Source: Bdellovibrionales bacterium (GTDB lineage Bacteria; Bdellovibrionota; Bdellovibrionia; Bdellovibrionales; Bdellovibrionaceae). From it: a stretch of DNA of 56,670 nucleotides. This document shows positions 1-8,737 of this stretch, piece after piece (within the stretch, counting starts at the first letter, position 1; the number at the start of each line of letters is the position of its first letter). A model generated the notes under the pieces. That model saw only the letters and a program-made list of their open reading frames with translations, did not search any database and was not told where the DNA came from. The position numbers were made by a program, and so were the translations under genes. The stretch lies in NCBI GenBank assembly GCA_031370005.1, contig JANMPT010000101.1, positions 1 to 56,670 on the forward strand. The letters are read 5' to 3'.

Positions 1-623
1 TTACGCAAGTTCCGAAATTAATTGAGCAAGCATTATCCATGGATTTAGAGGATGGACTGTGGTTCGGTGATCTCAAGGCAGAAGAACTTCATGACCAAGG
101 ATCTTACGGCGGCTATCGTTTCAGTTGTGCATTTCAGATAGGGGATCCGCCTAATGAAAGAGTAAAGATTAAAAAACTTTCGCGCATCAACATTGATGTG
201 GGTTTTGGCGATCCAGTAGAAGATCTTCCCAAAAAACAATTAATGCTATCGATTATTTCGGGAAGCAAACCCGTTTCATGGTCCGTCTACCCGTTTGAGT
301 ATATTTTTTCAGAAAAACTAGAGGCTCTTTTTTCAAGAGGGTCTGCGAATTCCCGAGCTAAAGACGTTTATGACATGCCACTTATTTTTCCAAAATGTAA
401 TCTTAAGAAACTTATAAAGGCGATTCGACGTACATTTGAACAACGGGAAACAGTGCTTCCAGCGTCATTTAAAGAAACCGCTGGAGCGTTTAACTTGGCG
501 CTTTTGAAAAGGTCTTGGGCAAGCGTCGAATTTAATGAGGGCCGAAAAATTTTTGATGATTCGTGGGATGACTTATTGGATTGCCTTGAAAAGATTGATG
601 GGTCTAATGATGAAGAAAAATGA
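1..623 (+). CDS. AbiEii/AbiGii-family nucleotidyltransferase toxin (type IV TA), 5'-partial
   Basis: The frame of ORF 39..623 stays open back to base 3 (TQVPKLIEQALSM). Motifs IDVGFGDP, YPFEYIFSEKLEA and NSRAKDVYD match the C-terminal half of AbiEii proteins. Confidence 0.8.
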   Translation, partial: TQVPKLIEQALSMDLEDGLWFGDLKAEELHDQGSYGGYRFSCAFQIGDPPNERVKIKKLSRINIDVGFGDPVEDLPKKQLMLSIISGSKPVSWSVYPFEYIFSEKLEALFSRGSANSRAKDVYDMPLIFPKCNLKKLIKAIRRTFEQRETVLPASFKETAGAFNLALLKRSWASVEFNEGRKIFDDSWDDLLDCLEKIDGSNDEEK

Positions 624-771
624 TTCTGCTATTTTAGCACAAACAGGTGGAAATATATTTTTGAAACCGTCGAAAAATTTGAGTGAGAATTCAAGGCGTC
701 ATAGGGCTCCTTTTTCTCAAGAGTAACTGACAAGTAATTCTATTGTCGTAATATAAATAAGGTATTATTAT

Positions 772-834
772 GAAGAAATAAAAACGAAATTTAACAACTT
801 TTATGAGGAGCTTCAAAAATGCAAAAAAGCATAG
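772..834 (+). pseudogene. C-terminal remnant of a lytic transglycosylase gene (paralogue of 20378..21193)
   Basis: Translates EEIKTKFNNFYEELQKCKKA*, against GEIKAEFNSFYEKLQKCGKP* at the end of 20378..21193. It has the same 16-bp overlap with the downstream gene. Confidence 0.85.
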
Positions 835-1412
835 GAGGTATTATTTTTTTCTCCTTACTTTTGAGTTCCATTATAGCCCAGGGAGCAGATAATACTCATT
901 TGGCGAAATTAAAAACAAAATTTCCAAATGGATTATTAAGTGATGATCATGGGGTTTTAAATATCAAAGACTTAGCTCTTAATGCTTGCCGTCTCAAGCC
1001 ACCTGCCTTTGTTCCAGGCGCTACAAATACATATGAATATTGGATTTGTTTTGAAAATAAGAATATTTTACCTACCTGTTATGATGCGGGAGTTGATGAG
1101 ACTGAGGGACATGTAGGACGTGTGTACATTGACGCTCATGATCGTGAGATGAGTTATCATTTCTTCGAATCTCGGCCATGGCCAATTCGAGATTGCAGGA
1201 ATTTCGTAAAGGATCTGAAAAAGATCATGAGCGGAACATTACACGGCTGCGTTTCAGCTTCGGGTATTACAAAGGAAGAAAAGAACGATCGAGGACAAAT
1301 GGGGCGCATCGGATTTCTTCATCGATTTAAAACGCGCAAAGGCTGTGAAGGCGAGGAGTGTGAGTTGACTAAAAAATTCAAGAAAGAATATTGTCCCAAG
1401 CTTGAATTATGA
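819..1412 (+). CDS. Exported 8-cysteine hypothetical protein (paralogue of 21178..21780)
   Basis: N-terminal signal-peptide-like segment. Eight Cys, all conserved in the paralogue. Mature regions are about 77% identical by hand alignment. Confidence 0.85.
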   Translation: MQKSIGGIIFFSLLLSSIIAQGADNTHLAKLKTKFPNGLLSDDHGVLNIKDLALNACRLKPPAFVPGATNTYEYWICFENKNILPTCYDAGVDETEGHVGRVYIDAHDREMSYHFFESRPWPIRDCRNFVKDLKKIMSGTLHGCVSASGITKEEKNDRGQMGRIGFLHRFKTRKGCEGEECELTKKFKKEYCPKLEL

Positions 1413-1840
1413 TTTTAGATCATACATCTGCTATTATAGCACAAAAGATTTGCTAAGCCGTTGAAACAATTTAATTTGCGACGAGTCCGCCAAATTACAC
1501 GCAAGTAAAATGAAATTCCGGACCGCTCGCAGATGAATCAAGTTTCAATTTCCTAACTCCGTAGAAACTTTAGAGAAAATTACAATAATTGTAAGACAGA
1601 GTTCAAGACGATTTTCGGTTCGCGTTTCACCATCATCACACGATAACACCCAAAATCACCCGAGTTTTGCTATTTCTGTGCTACGGAAAAAAGTGAGAAC
1701 TTGGAATTTTGGAAAGCTGGAAACCTCCAGCTAAGTTCTCGCAATCGCAGTGTTTCGTAGTTTCCAATTTAGATGTCTGGAAAGCATCAACCAAAGGAGA
1801 CAAGAAACATGAAGCGAGTAATCTGAAATAAAAATAAAAG

Positions 1841-1867
1841 TGTCACAGTCTCAGAATCGAGCTCGGC
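1841..1867 (+). promoter_or_regulatory. Putative ECF sigma promoter TGTCACA-N16-CGGC
   Basis: Lies just upstream of the ECF sigma remnant. The same motif and spacing recur at 4650..4676 on the minus strand. Confidence 0.45.
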
Positions 1868-1904
1868 GAAAAATAAATTGGCAATTCTTTCCGTCAGCTG
1901 TTGA

Positions 1905-2126
1905 TCGCGAAGGGAAGAGGCTCCACAGTTAAAATCGTCGCTCGAGCCACTATTGGACGTGCTTTCTGAAAATCAACAGGCGGCTCTTAAGATGAGGTAT
2001 GTGGACGAAAAAACATTCGATGAAATTGCTGAGCGCTTAAACACTTCTCCTCTTAATGTAAGGCAACTTATTAGACGTGGAGTAAAACTGCTGAAGTCGA
2101 AAGTGAAAGGAGATGATCGGTCATGA
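1905..2126 (+). pseudogene. ECF sigma factor remnant (region 4 only)
   Basis: Not in the ORF track. Translates LEPLLDVLSENQQAALKMRYVDEKTFDEIAERLNTSPLNVRQLIRRGVKLLK, a sigma-70 region 4 HTH pattern. In-frame TGA at 1902 and no region 2. The stop overlaps the next start (ATGA). Confidence 0.8.
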
Positions 2127-2659
2127 AAAACAATAATAAAGAATGGCTCAAAGACTACGAGGTTTTTCTCCAATCAGAAAATACGCAAGTTCCTAAAGAC
2201 GTTACCGAAACTATTTTTGCACGGATGAAGGGACTCGTTAACCCGAGTCTTTGGATTGTTTTTTTAAAAGTCTTAGGAATTCATGTTGTGGTCGGCTTCA
2301 TATCGCTTTCAATGTGTCATCAATTTGGAATGAATCCATTTAATACTGAGTCTTCGCTTTCTGACTGGATGATGTCGATGGGTGGACACAGTGTTTGTAT
2401 GATTGGCTGCGGAATTTTCTTTGTTGGCCTTAGTCTGGCTCTGGCGGGATACTTTTTGACCGTCGAAGACGTGCGCGCCTTAAAGAGAACTGAGTTTCTG
2501 CAAACTTTGTCGTTGGGACTTATCTCTCTGGGAGTTTTTTCTTTGGTTGGTGCGGAGATGGCCTTAACTATCGCCGGCCTGTGGCTTCTCGGTGCGCTTA
2601 TCGGAGGGTTCATTGCAACCGAAGCGGCATGGAAACTTAAACGTATTCATGCGTATTGA
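2123..2659 (+). CDS. Membrane protein, probable anti-sigma factor with Cys/His/Met-bearing TM segments
   Basis: About four hydrophobic segments, with SMCHQFG and HSVCMIGCG. Translationally coupled to the ECF sigma remnant. Confidence 0.6.
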   Translation: MKNNNKEWLKDYEVFLQSENTQVPKDVTETIFARMKGLVNPSLWIVFLKVLGIHVVVGFISLSMCHQFGMNPFNTESSLSDWMMSMGGHSVCMIGCGIFFVGLSLALAGYFLTVEDVRALKRTEFLQTLSLGLISLGVFSLVGAEMALTIAGLWLLGALIGGFIATEAAWKLKRIHAY

Positions 2660-2679
2660 ACGGCGTTTAATAGCCGCGA

Positions 2680-3162
2680 TTACTTGTCGTTTTCATTCAG
2701 CAGGGCTTTCATCTGCTCGATCTCCGCTTGCTGACTTGAAATAATATTCTTGCACAATTCTTTGAGCTTCGGATTCTCCAAAGGCGCCTCTTCACACATC
2801 AAAATTGCACCGGCATGGTGCGGAATCATGGACCTTAAAAACTGTTTGTCGGTAATGGCCGTTTGCTGCCTGATAAACGTGAAAAAAAGAATTAGTGCCA
2901 CAGCACTGAGGATCAGAATTGAAATATTCTTCTTTTTATTCTGATACATCCCCCGCATCACGATGATTTCAATGATAACCATCGGAGCCGTCATCACAGC
3001 CGCCATGTAGACTTGGTTTAAACTCGAATAGACATTCACGAACGAATTCACCATCGAATACATAAACACATACATCGAAACGAATGAGAGCACTGTCATG
3101 ATTAACAGATGTTTGTAGTGCATGTCGCCGTGTTCATCATGATTCATGTGTTTGCCGTGCAT
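2680..3162 (-). CDS. DUF305-domain (CopM-like, ferritin-fold) membrane-anchored protein
   Basis: FLRSMIPHHAGAILMC and IISSQQAEIEQM motifs, His/Met-rich N-terminus, three TM segments. Confidence 0.85.
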   Translation of the reverse strand: MHGKHMNHDEHGDMHYKHLLIMTVLSFVSMYVFMYSMVNSFVNVYSSLNQVYMAAVMTAPMVIIEIIVMRGMYQNKKKNISILILSAVALILFFTFIRQQTAITDKQFLRSMIPHHAGAILMCEEAPLENPKLKELCKNIISSQQAEIEQMKALLNENDK

Positions 3163-3171
3163 AGGACCTCC

Positions 3172-4506
3172 CTAATTTGATTTACTAAAATCTCCCATTT
3201 TCATTCCACTGAGCTGAACAAAGATTTTTCCTGACCATGGATCGCCGCCATAACTATCTCTAAATTCAGAGGGCGATATATTTTTAGTCACTGAGGCACC
3301 GAGGCCAAGTTTTGAGTTTTCAAATTTTAGTACGTCATAGGTATAACCGGCAGTCAGTGCGGTCACGCCATGTGGTTTCAGAGGATCAATCGTAGTGGCA
3401 ATGCCAAGCTCGGATGCTGTTCGTTCGACAAATTCAATTCTCCCCCAATAATTTGAGGGCGATTCGGAATGAAGCCAGAATTCGTAAAGGAAGGAACGCA
3501 GTGATGAGACATGATCGTAGTTGTTCACGACCCCCAAAATAAATGCATCATGAAACATCCAGCCCGACGATAAGTGATGCTGGACATAGACTGATGCTGA
3601 GTAGTGATAAACTTTATCGAGAGTGGGATCATGAGCCTCCGGCTCTTTAACATAGGCCGCTGAAGCCATTGCCGAAACGTCATCCGAGAACTCATAAATT
3701 AAACGACCTGCATGTGAATTCAAAGTTCCAAGCGGCAAATCTACTTTTGAAGGCTCCGGCTCCGTGCCGTTAAAATTTGAAGCTTCGATTCTTGTTTTTC
3801 CAACTCCTAGCGATGCACCCAAAACCGTGCTGGTAATGTGGGCGACATCTTGGCCAATGTGATGCCCAAGCGGAGCGTCCGGGTTAACCATACCTGTTGG
3901 TCTGTGCATGAATGCGGTTGGTCCTTCAGTCGCTTGGCCTCGTGGTGCGAAGAATATTTTTAAATGGTCTTTGCCGTCGCCAAGCCTAATGGTGTCACTA
4001 AATGTAAGACCCATGATGGGCGATGAGTGCGGGTGCTGACTGTCGATGTAAGGCATTTCATCTTCATTGCGTTCACCAATTTGGTATAGCTCAGGATAAC
4101 CTTCCTTCGGGAAGGTCCAACGCTCGGCTGTCAGCATTAGGTTTACGTCTATGTAATGCTTGCTGCCAACAGAGCGACCCACTTCTACCATCGCCATGTT
4201 TGGAACAACGAAACGATTACGCCCTCTGGGTCCTTCTTGAAATGATTGAACCCCAAACGCGTTTCCATGAAGCATCCACATCGACATGGGCATCCCGGCC
4301 ATCGCAAGTTGACGACATGAGCCCATTGAATAATCCCACGTTTGATTCTCGTCACAATCTGCTGGCCCCATCGACATTTTACTGTGCTTCTCAGGACTCG
4401 TATTTTTTGTCTGTGAGGGCTCTCCTTGTTCCATATGCTGGGCAAAAGCGTTCGTGCCACACGAAAGAAAAATCAATGACAAACCAAATTGGACCGTTCG
4501 CTTCAT
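3172..4506 (-). CDS. Exported His/Met-rich protein, probable outer-membrane beta-barrel of metal-resistance loci
   Basis: Signal peptide (AFA), WMLHGNAF, DSQHPH and GHHIGQD motifs, and alternating hydrophobic strands in the C-terminal half. Confidence 0.6.
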   Translation of the reverse strand: MKRTVQFGLSLIFLSCGTNAFAQHMEQGEPSQTKNTSPEKHSKMSMGPADCDENQTWDYSMGSCRQLAMAGMPMSMWMLHGNAFGVQSFQEGPRGRNRFVVPNMAMVEVGRSVGSKHYIDVNLMLTAERWTFPKEGYPELYQIGERNEDEMPYIDSQHPHSSPIMGLTFSDTIRLGDGKDHLKIFFAPRGQATEGPTAFMHRPTGMVNPDAPLGHHIGQDVAHITSTVLGASLGVGKTRIEASNFNGTEPEPSKVDLPLGTLNSHAGRLIYEFSDDVSAMASAAYVKEPEAHDPTLDKVYHYSASVYVQHHLSSGWMFHDAFILGVVNNYDHVSSLRSFLYEFWLHSESPSNYWGRIEFVERTASELGIATTIDPLKPHGVTALTAGYTYDVLKFENSKLGLGASVTKNISPSEFRDSYGGDPWSGKIFVQLSGMKMGDFSKSN

Positions 4507-4568
4507 TTTATCTCCAGAACATTCTTGAATGCTTGATGTGTGGCTTCGTGGGCTGATTGCAGGTCCAT
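4503..4568 (-). CDS. 21-aa small ORF (MDLQSAHEATHQAFKNVLEIK), leader peptide or internally deleted gene
   Basis: GAGG RBS 6 nt before the ATG. Its TGA overlaps the ATG of 3172..4506 (ATGA). Confidence 0.4.
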   Translation of the reverse strand: MDLQSAHEATHQAFKNVLEIK

Positions 4569-4649
4569 AATTTACCTCAAACTTTTTTCTTTTCGGGAAT
4601 AGTTCCCCGTAAAAGTTAATTACTCTAACCCACTAAAAGAAAGAGCAAA

Positions 4650-4676
4650 TCCGAAGCCAATGAAATAGATGTGACA
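4650..4676 (-). promoter_or_regulatory. Putative ECF sigma promoter TGTCACA-N16-CGGA
   Basis: Intergenic, pointing at the small ORF / beta-barrel / DUF305 unit. Same spacing as 1841..1867. Confidence 0.45.
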
Positions 4677-4698
4677 GCATTTTCACACCCATAGAGTT

Positions 4699-7059
4699 TT
4701 ACTTAACACTTTTTAATCGAAGTGCATTTCCGATGACAGAAACCGAACTTAAACTCATAGCGAGAGCCGCTATCATTGGACTCAATAACCAACCAAAAAT
4801 TGGATACAGCACGCCTGCTGCCAGCGGAACGCCTAACGCGTTATACACAAAGGCAAAGAACAAATTCTGCTTAATGTTGGCAATGGTTGATTCACTTAAC
4901 TCACGCGCACGAACTACACCTTTCAGATCGCCTTTGACGAGAGTGACTCCCGCACTTTTCATCGCGACGTCAGTTCCTGTTCCCATCGCAATCCCGACTT
5001 GCGCCTGCGCAAGCGCTGGGGCGTCGTTGATTCCATCTCCGGCCATTGCAACGATCTTACCTTCGGCTTGAAACTTCTTAACGATCTCAACTTTCTGATG
5101 AGGTAAAACGTCTGCAATTACTTCGTCAACATGGACTCTTTGAGCAACCGCATTGGCAGTTCTTTTGTTGTCACCTGTGACCATAACCACCCTAAGACCC
5201 AGTCTTTGAAGTGTGTGTATCGCCTCTGGTGTTGTTTCCTTTATGGGATCTGCAACTCCGATTAAACCCGCGAGCTTTCCATCAATCGCCACAAACATAA
5301 CGGTTTGGCCTTCATCCCGAAGTTGATCGGCCAAGCTCTCGCTGTCCTTTGAGTCAATTCCCAGACTCTCCATCAATGCACGATTTCCAACTGCTACTTT
5401 GCGACCGGATACAGTCGCATGGGCACCCTTTCCAGTAATTGACTGAAAACCTGTAGTTACCTGAAGTGCGATCCCACGGGTCTCAGCACCCTTAACGATA
5501 GCTGCCGCTAAAGGATGTTCACTTTCACGCTCCAGACTTGCCGTGATTTGGAGAAAAGTTTCTTCTGTCGCATCCGAAAGTGTTTTTACTGTGACAAGCT
5601 TTGGCTTACCCTCCGTTAAAGTTCCTGTCTTATCCACGATGAGGATTTGAACTTTTCGCAATAGCTCAATGGCTTCAGCGTCCTTAAAAAGGACTCCCAT
5701 CTTAGCAGCCCGGCCCGTCGCCACCATGATTGACATCGGTGTCGCAAGACCAAGCGCACAGGGACACGCGATGATTAGAACCGCCACTGCATTCACGATT
5801 GCATAAGCAAGCTTGGGTTCTGGTCCCCAGATTCCCCAAACAATCGAAGTCAATATAGCAATCAAGATCACAGCGGGGACGAAGTAACCTGAAACCTGAT
5901 CGGCTAATTTTTGAATGGGTGCTCTCGATCTCTGCGCATCAGCGACCATCTGAATAATTTGAGAAAGCAAAGTATCTTTTCCGACTTTTTGAGCCCGGAT
6001 GACGAGTGATCCAGTTCCATTGATAGTTGCGGCAACTACTTTTGATTCAGGCACCTTCTCTGAAGGAATAGACTCCCCAGTTACCATTGATTCATCGACT
6101 GCACTTGTTCCTGATACGACAACGCCATCAACGGGAATTTTTTCTCCAGGACGAACACGAAGAGTGTCGCCAATCGAAATTATATCAATTTCGATTTCTT
6201 CGTCAGACCCATCGCTTTTAATTCTTCGGGCCGTCTTCGGAGCAAGACCCAAAAGTGCTTTGATCGCGGCGCCAGTTTGTCCGTGTGCTTTAAGTTCTAA
6301 AACTTGGCCGAGAAGGACTAGCGTCACAATGACTGCCGCAGGTTCAAAGTAAAGACCCACAAGGCCTGTCATAGGATCTTTAAACGAATCCGGAAAAAAC
6401 TGTGGAAACAAAATGGCAACAATACTAAATCCGTAGGCAACCCCAACACCGAGTTCAATCAAGGTAAACATATTCGGACTTTTATTTTTGAGAGATTGCC
6501 AAAATCTTTCAAAAAAAGGCCAGCCCCCCCAAAGAACAACTGGGGTTGCCAGCAAAAGTTCGACATAACTAAGAGCTGCGTGAATACTTGCGGACTCGAT
6601 TAAATGACGCCCACCCATTGTGATAAAAAGAAGTGGAAGGCTCAAAGCAGTAGAAATCCAAAACCGCCTTCGCATCTCGAAGTATTCAGTCTTGTCTTCT
6701 TCTTGATCGAGGGAAATCATCAAGGGCTCTAGTGCCATCCCGCAAATCGGACAGCTACCTGGACCGATCTTTCGAATTTCTGGATGCATAGGGCATGTGT
6801 ATTCGACGTTCTGTGGTTGAGTTTTATTCTTAAGCTTGGGATCGAGATATGATTCTGGGTTTGCGTCAAATTTTGTTTTGCACTTGGGATTGCAAAAAAA
6901 GTATACCTTTCCGTTGTAAGAAGATGATCCACCTTTTGCCGTTGCGGGATTTACTTTCATTCCACAAACGGGATCTATTTGCTCAGTCGTATGAGATGAA
7001 TGATTGGCATGATGATGTCCATCATGATTGTGCGTTGAACAAGAATGTTGGTCCGTCAT
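4699..7059 (-). CDS. copA: Copper-translocating P1B-type ATPase with N-terminal YHS and heavy-metal-binding domains
   Basis: His-rich N-terminus, DPVCGM...YFFCNPKC (YHS), YTCPMHP, TGES, CPC, DKTGT, SEHP, GDGIND, YN and MxxSS motifs. Confidence 0.95.
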   Translation of the reverse strand: MTDQHSCSTHNHDGHHHANHSSHTTEQIDPVCGMKVNPATAKGGSSSYNGKVYFFCNPKCKTKFDANPESYLDPKLKNKTQPQNVEYTCPMHPEIRKIGPGSCPICGMALEPLMISLDQEEDKTEYFEMRRRFWISTALSLPLLFITMGGRHLIESASIHAALSYVELLLATPVVLWGGWPFFERFWQSLKNKSPNMFTLIELGVGVAYGFSIVAILFPQFFPDSFKDPMTGLVGLYFEPAAVIVTLVLLGQVLELKAHGQTGAAIKALLGLAPKTARRIKSDGSDEEIEIDIISIGDTLRVRPGEKIPVDGVVVSGTSAVDESMVTGESIPSEKVPESKVVAATINGTGSLVIRAQKVGKDTLLSQIIQMVADAQRSRAPIQKLADQVSGYFVPAVILIAILTSIVWGIWGPEPKLAYAIVNAVAVLIIACPCALGLATPMSIMVATGRAAKMGVLFKDAEAIELLRKVQILIVDKTGTLTEGKPKLVTVKTLSDATEETFLQITASLERESEHPLAAAIVKGAETRGIALQVTTGFQSITGKGAHATVSGRKVAVGNRALMESLGIDSKDSESLADQLRDEGQTVMFVAIDGKLAGLIGVADPIKETTPEAIHTLQRLGLRVVMVTGDNKRTANAVAQRVHVDEVIADVLPHQKVEIVKKFQAEGKIVAMAGDGINDAPALAQAQVGIAMGTGTDVAMKSAGVTLVKGDLKGVVRARELSESTIANIKQNLFFAFVYNALGVPLAAGVLYPIFGWLLSPMIAALAMSLSSVSVIGNALRLKSVK

Positions 7060-7068
7060 AAAACACCT

Positions 7069-8169
7069 CTACAGATAAATATTAAGCATGAGCCAAGCAA
7101 AGTCCGTCGCCTCCTGCGAATAAGACTTTTCTTTTCCCGCAAACAACATGAAATCAAAATGCGAATAAGGCAGCCATTGAACGCCAAGCCCATAGGAGTC
7201 AAACTGTGAACTTCGATCTGAGTCGTTAAGATAGGAGCGATCAAATTGAACAAACGGTGTGAGGCCCTTGACCGCCTCATAACCGAGTCTTGAGAAGGTC
7301 GTATAACCTTTCTCGTGAACTGAAGTGGCTTTAACTGTTTTGTCCTGATAAAAAACTTCAGAATTCAGATAGAGTTTTTCGGTGAGGCTAATCATAACAT
7401 ACGGACCAAATACGACTCTTTCAAAATCGCTTTGTCGTCCCTGATACGCGCTGACTCCGAGTCGAGACTTCTCTCGCCATAAATAGCTCGAATTGATAGA
7501 AATGCCTTGATCTTTTTTAACAGATTTTTCTTCAGGGGAATTAGAAATGAACGTGAGCGTGTGATTAAAGTTTTCTCCAATGTAGTTCATTTCTAAATTG
7601 TAAGATTCAGATCCCTGATCCCAGTTAAGACCTCTTCTAGTCGCGGTAACATGATCGGGACCATTGAGTCCAAAGGACTGCATGAATTTTCCAACTCGCC
7701 CCACTATCTGCTCAGTGAAACGGTAAAGGACATAATGTCTTCTAGAGAAAAACTCTTTTAAATCCTTAGAAGCATCATTCGCTCGATATCCAAATGTTGA
7801 AATGATCGCGAATCTTTCAGTATCGGCTCCCACCTCAAGATCGGCTTGCATAGGAATGAACTGAGCTTTTTCAACTTTTGGAGTATCACGGTAGGTTTGC
7901 ACTCCACGCAAAAAAATCTGACTTCTCAACCACTGAAGTTTGGATTCATCCTCGGGATTAGAGAACATAAATCCAGAGGTCTTAGTCGTACCCCATGTGC
8001 TCATTAGCTCTGAGGATAAAGAGCGTCCGTAGGGCGTTAAAACGCCTCCCCCCGAAGGAGAGACGTGACAAGCTGTGCAGGAAAAGTACCCGTGTCGAAC
8101 ATTTTCAGGAAATGCAAAAGTAACGCGAGAAACCAAGACAATTAAAAAAAGAAACAAAACCCTGATCAT
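7069..8169 (-). CDS. Monohaem cytochrome c fused to a probable outer-membrane beta-barrel (Cyc2-like architecture)
   Basis: Signal peptide, then AFPENVRHGYFSCTACHVSPSGGGVLTPYGR. The remainder is amphipathic beta-strand-like and ends ...WLMLNIYL. Confidence 0.65.
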   Translation of the reverse strand: MIRVLFLFLIVLVSRVTFAFPENVRHGYFSCTACHVSPSGGGVLTPYGRSLSSELMSTWGTTKTSGFMFSNPEDESKLQWLRSQIFLRGVQTYRDTPKVEKAQFIPMQADLEVGADTERFAIISTFGYRANDASKDLKEFFSRRHYVLYRFTEQIVGRVGKFMQSFGLNGPDHVTATRRGLNWDQGSESYNLEMNYIGENFNHTLTFISNSPEEKSVKKDQGISINSSYLWREKSRLGVSAYQGRQSDFERVVFGPYVMISLTEKLYLNSEVFYQDKTVKATSVHEKGYTTFSRLGYEAVKGLTPFVQFDRSYLNDSDRSSQFDSYGLGVQWLPYSHFDFMLFAGKEKSYSQEATDFAWLMLNIYL

Positions 8170-8726
8170 TGCTTAACAAGGTTCAAATTCATTCGAGTTC
8201 TTATCGTGACTTCATCTGCAACCTTAATTCCTAGGTAAGTGGGTACATCTATTTTAAAGTCTGACACCAGAACCTTAAACTCTGTTGATACGCTCGGCGA
8301 GTCCTTACTTGTATCAACATCGGCTGTTCCCTTGATTGGTTTCTCGACGCCGTGAAGGTTCAATTTCCCTTGAAAGGGAATGGCAGAATAAATCTTTTTT
8401 ACGTTCAAGAAGTCTTCCGGCAGATCAATCTTCTCGATTTCGATCCAAGCCTCAGAGTATTTGGCCGTCTCAAGATATTTTTCTTTCATGTGTCGATCGC
8501 GCAGATCAATCCCCGTGGTGAATTCATCGAGCTTAACTTTAAGTCGGCCTTTGATCTGATTTTTCTCTAACTCCAAATTTCCAATGAGTTTGCCGCCAGT
8601 CCCATTGATTTTCAAAAGGCTCGGCTTTCCTATGGCAAAGAACTCAACATCTGACTTCTGCTGAGCAAGGTCTACTTGAACAGCCGCCCAAGACATTGGA
8701 ATCAAAAAAAGAATAATTTTAAGCAT
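8166..8726 (-). CDS. YceI family lipid/polyisoprenoid-binding protein
   Basis: TGIDLRDRHM, KYLETAKY and GKLNLHGVEKP motifs; signal peptide. Confidence 0.9.
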   Translation of the reverse strand: MLKIILFLIPMSWAAVQVDLAQQKSDVEFFAIGKPSLLKINGTGGKLIGNLELEKNQIKGRLKVKLDEFTTGIDLRDRHMKEKYLETAKYSEAWIEIEKIDLPEDFLNVKKIYSAIPFQGKLNLHGVEKPIKGTADVDTSKDSPSVSTEFKVLVSDFKIDVPTYLGIKVADEVTIRTRMNLNLVKQ

Positions 8727-8737
8727 ATTGCATCTCC

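Larger units (their letters stand above)
734..1489 (+). repeat. Diverged duplicate of 20286..21859 lacking the segment equivalent to 20327..21133
   Basis: 734-774 aligns without gaps to 20286-20326 (32/41 by hand). 775-1489 aligns to 21134-21859, including about 80 bp beyond the stop codon. Confidence 0.9.

Noticed and set aside
750..780. dif/pdif-like XerCD site (ATAA...TTATG), also at 20303-20330
   Set aside because: The spacer between the ATAA and TTAT arms is not 6 bp and the XerD arm TTATGTTAAAT is not matched. Better explained as an AT-rich promoter palindrome.
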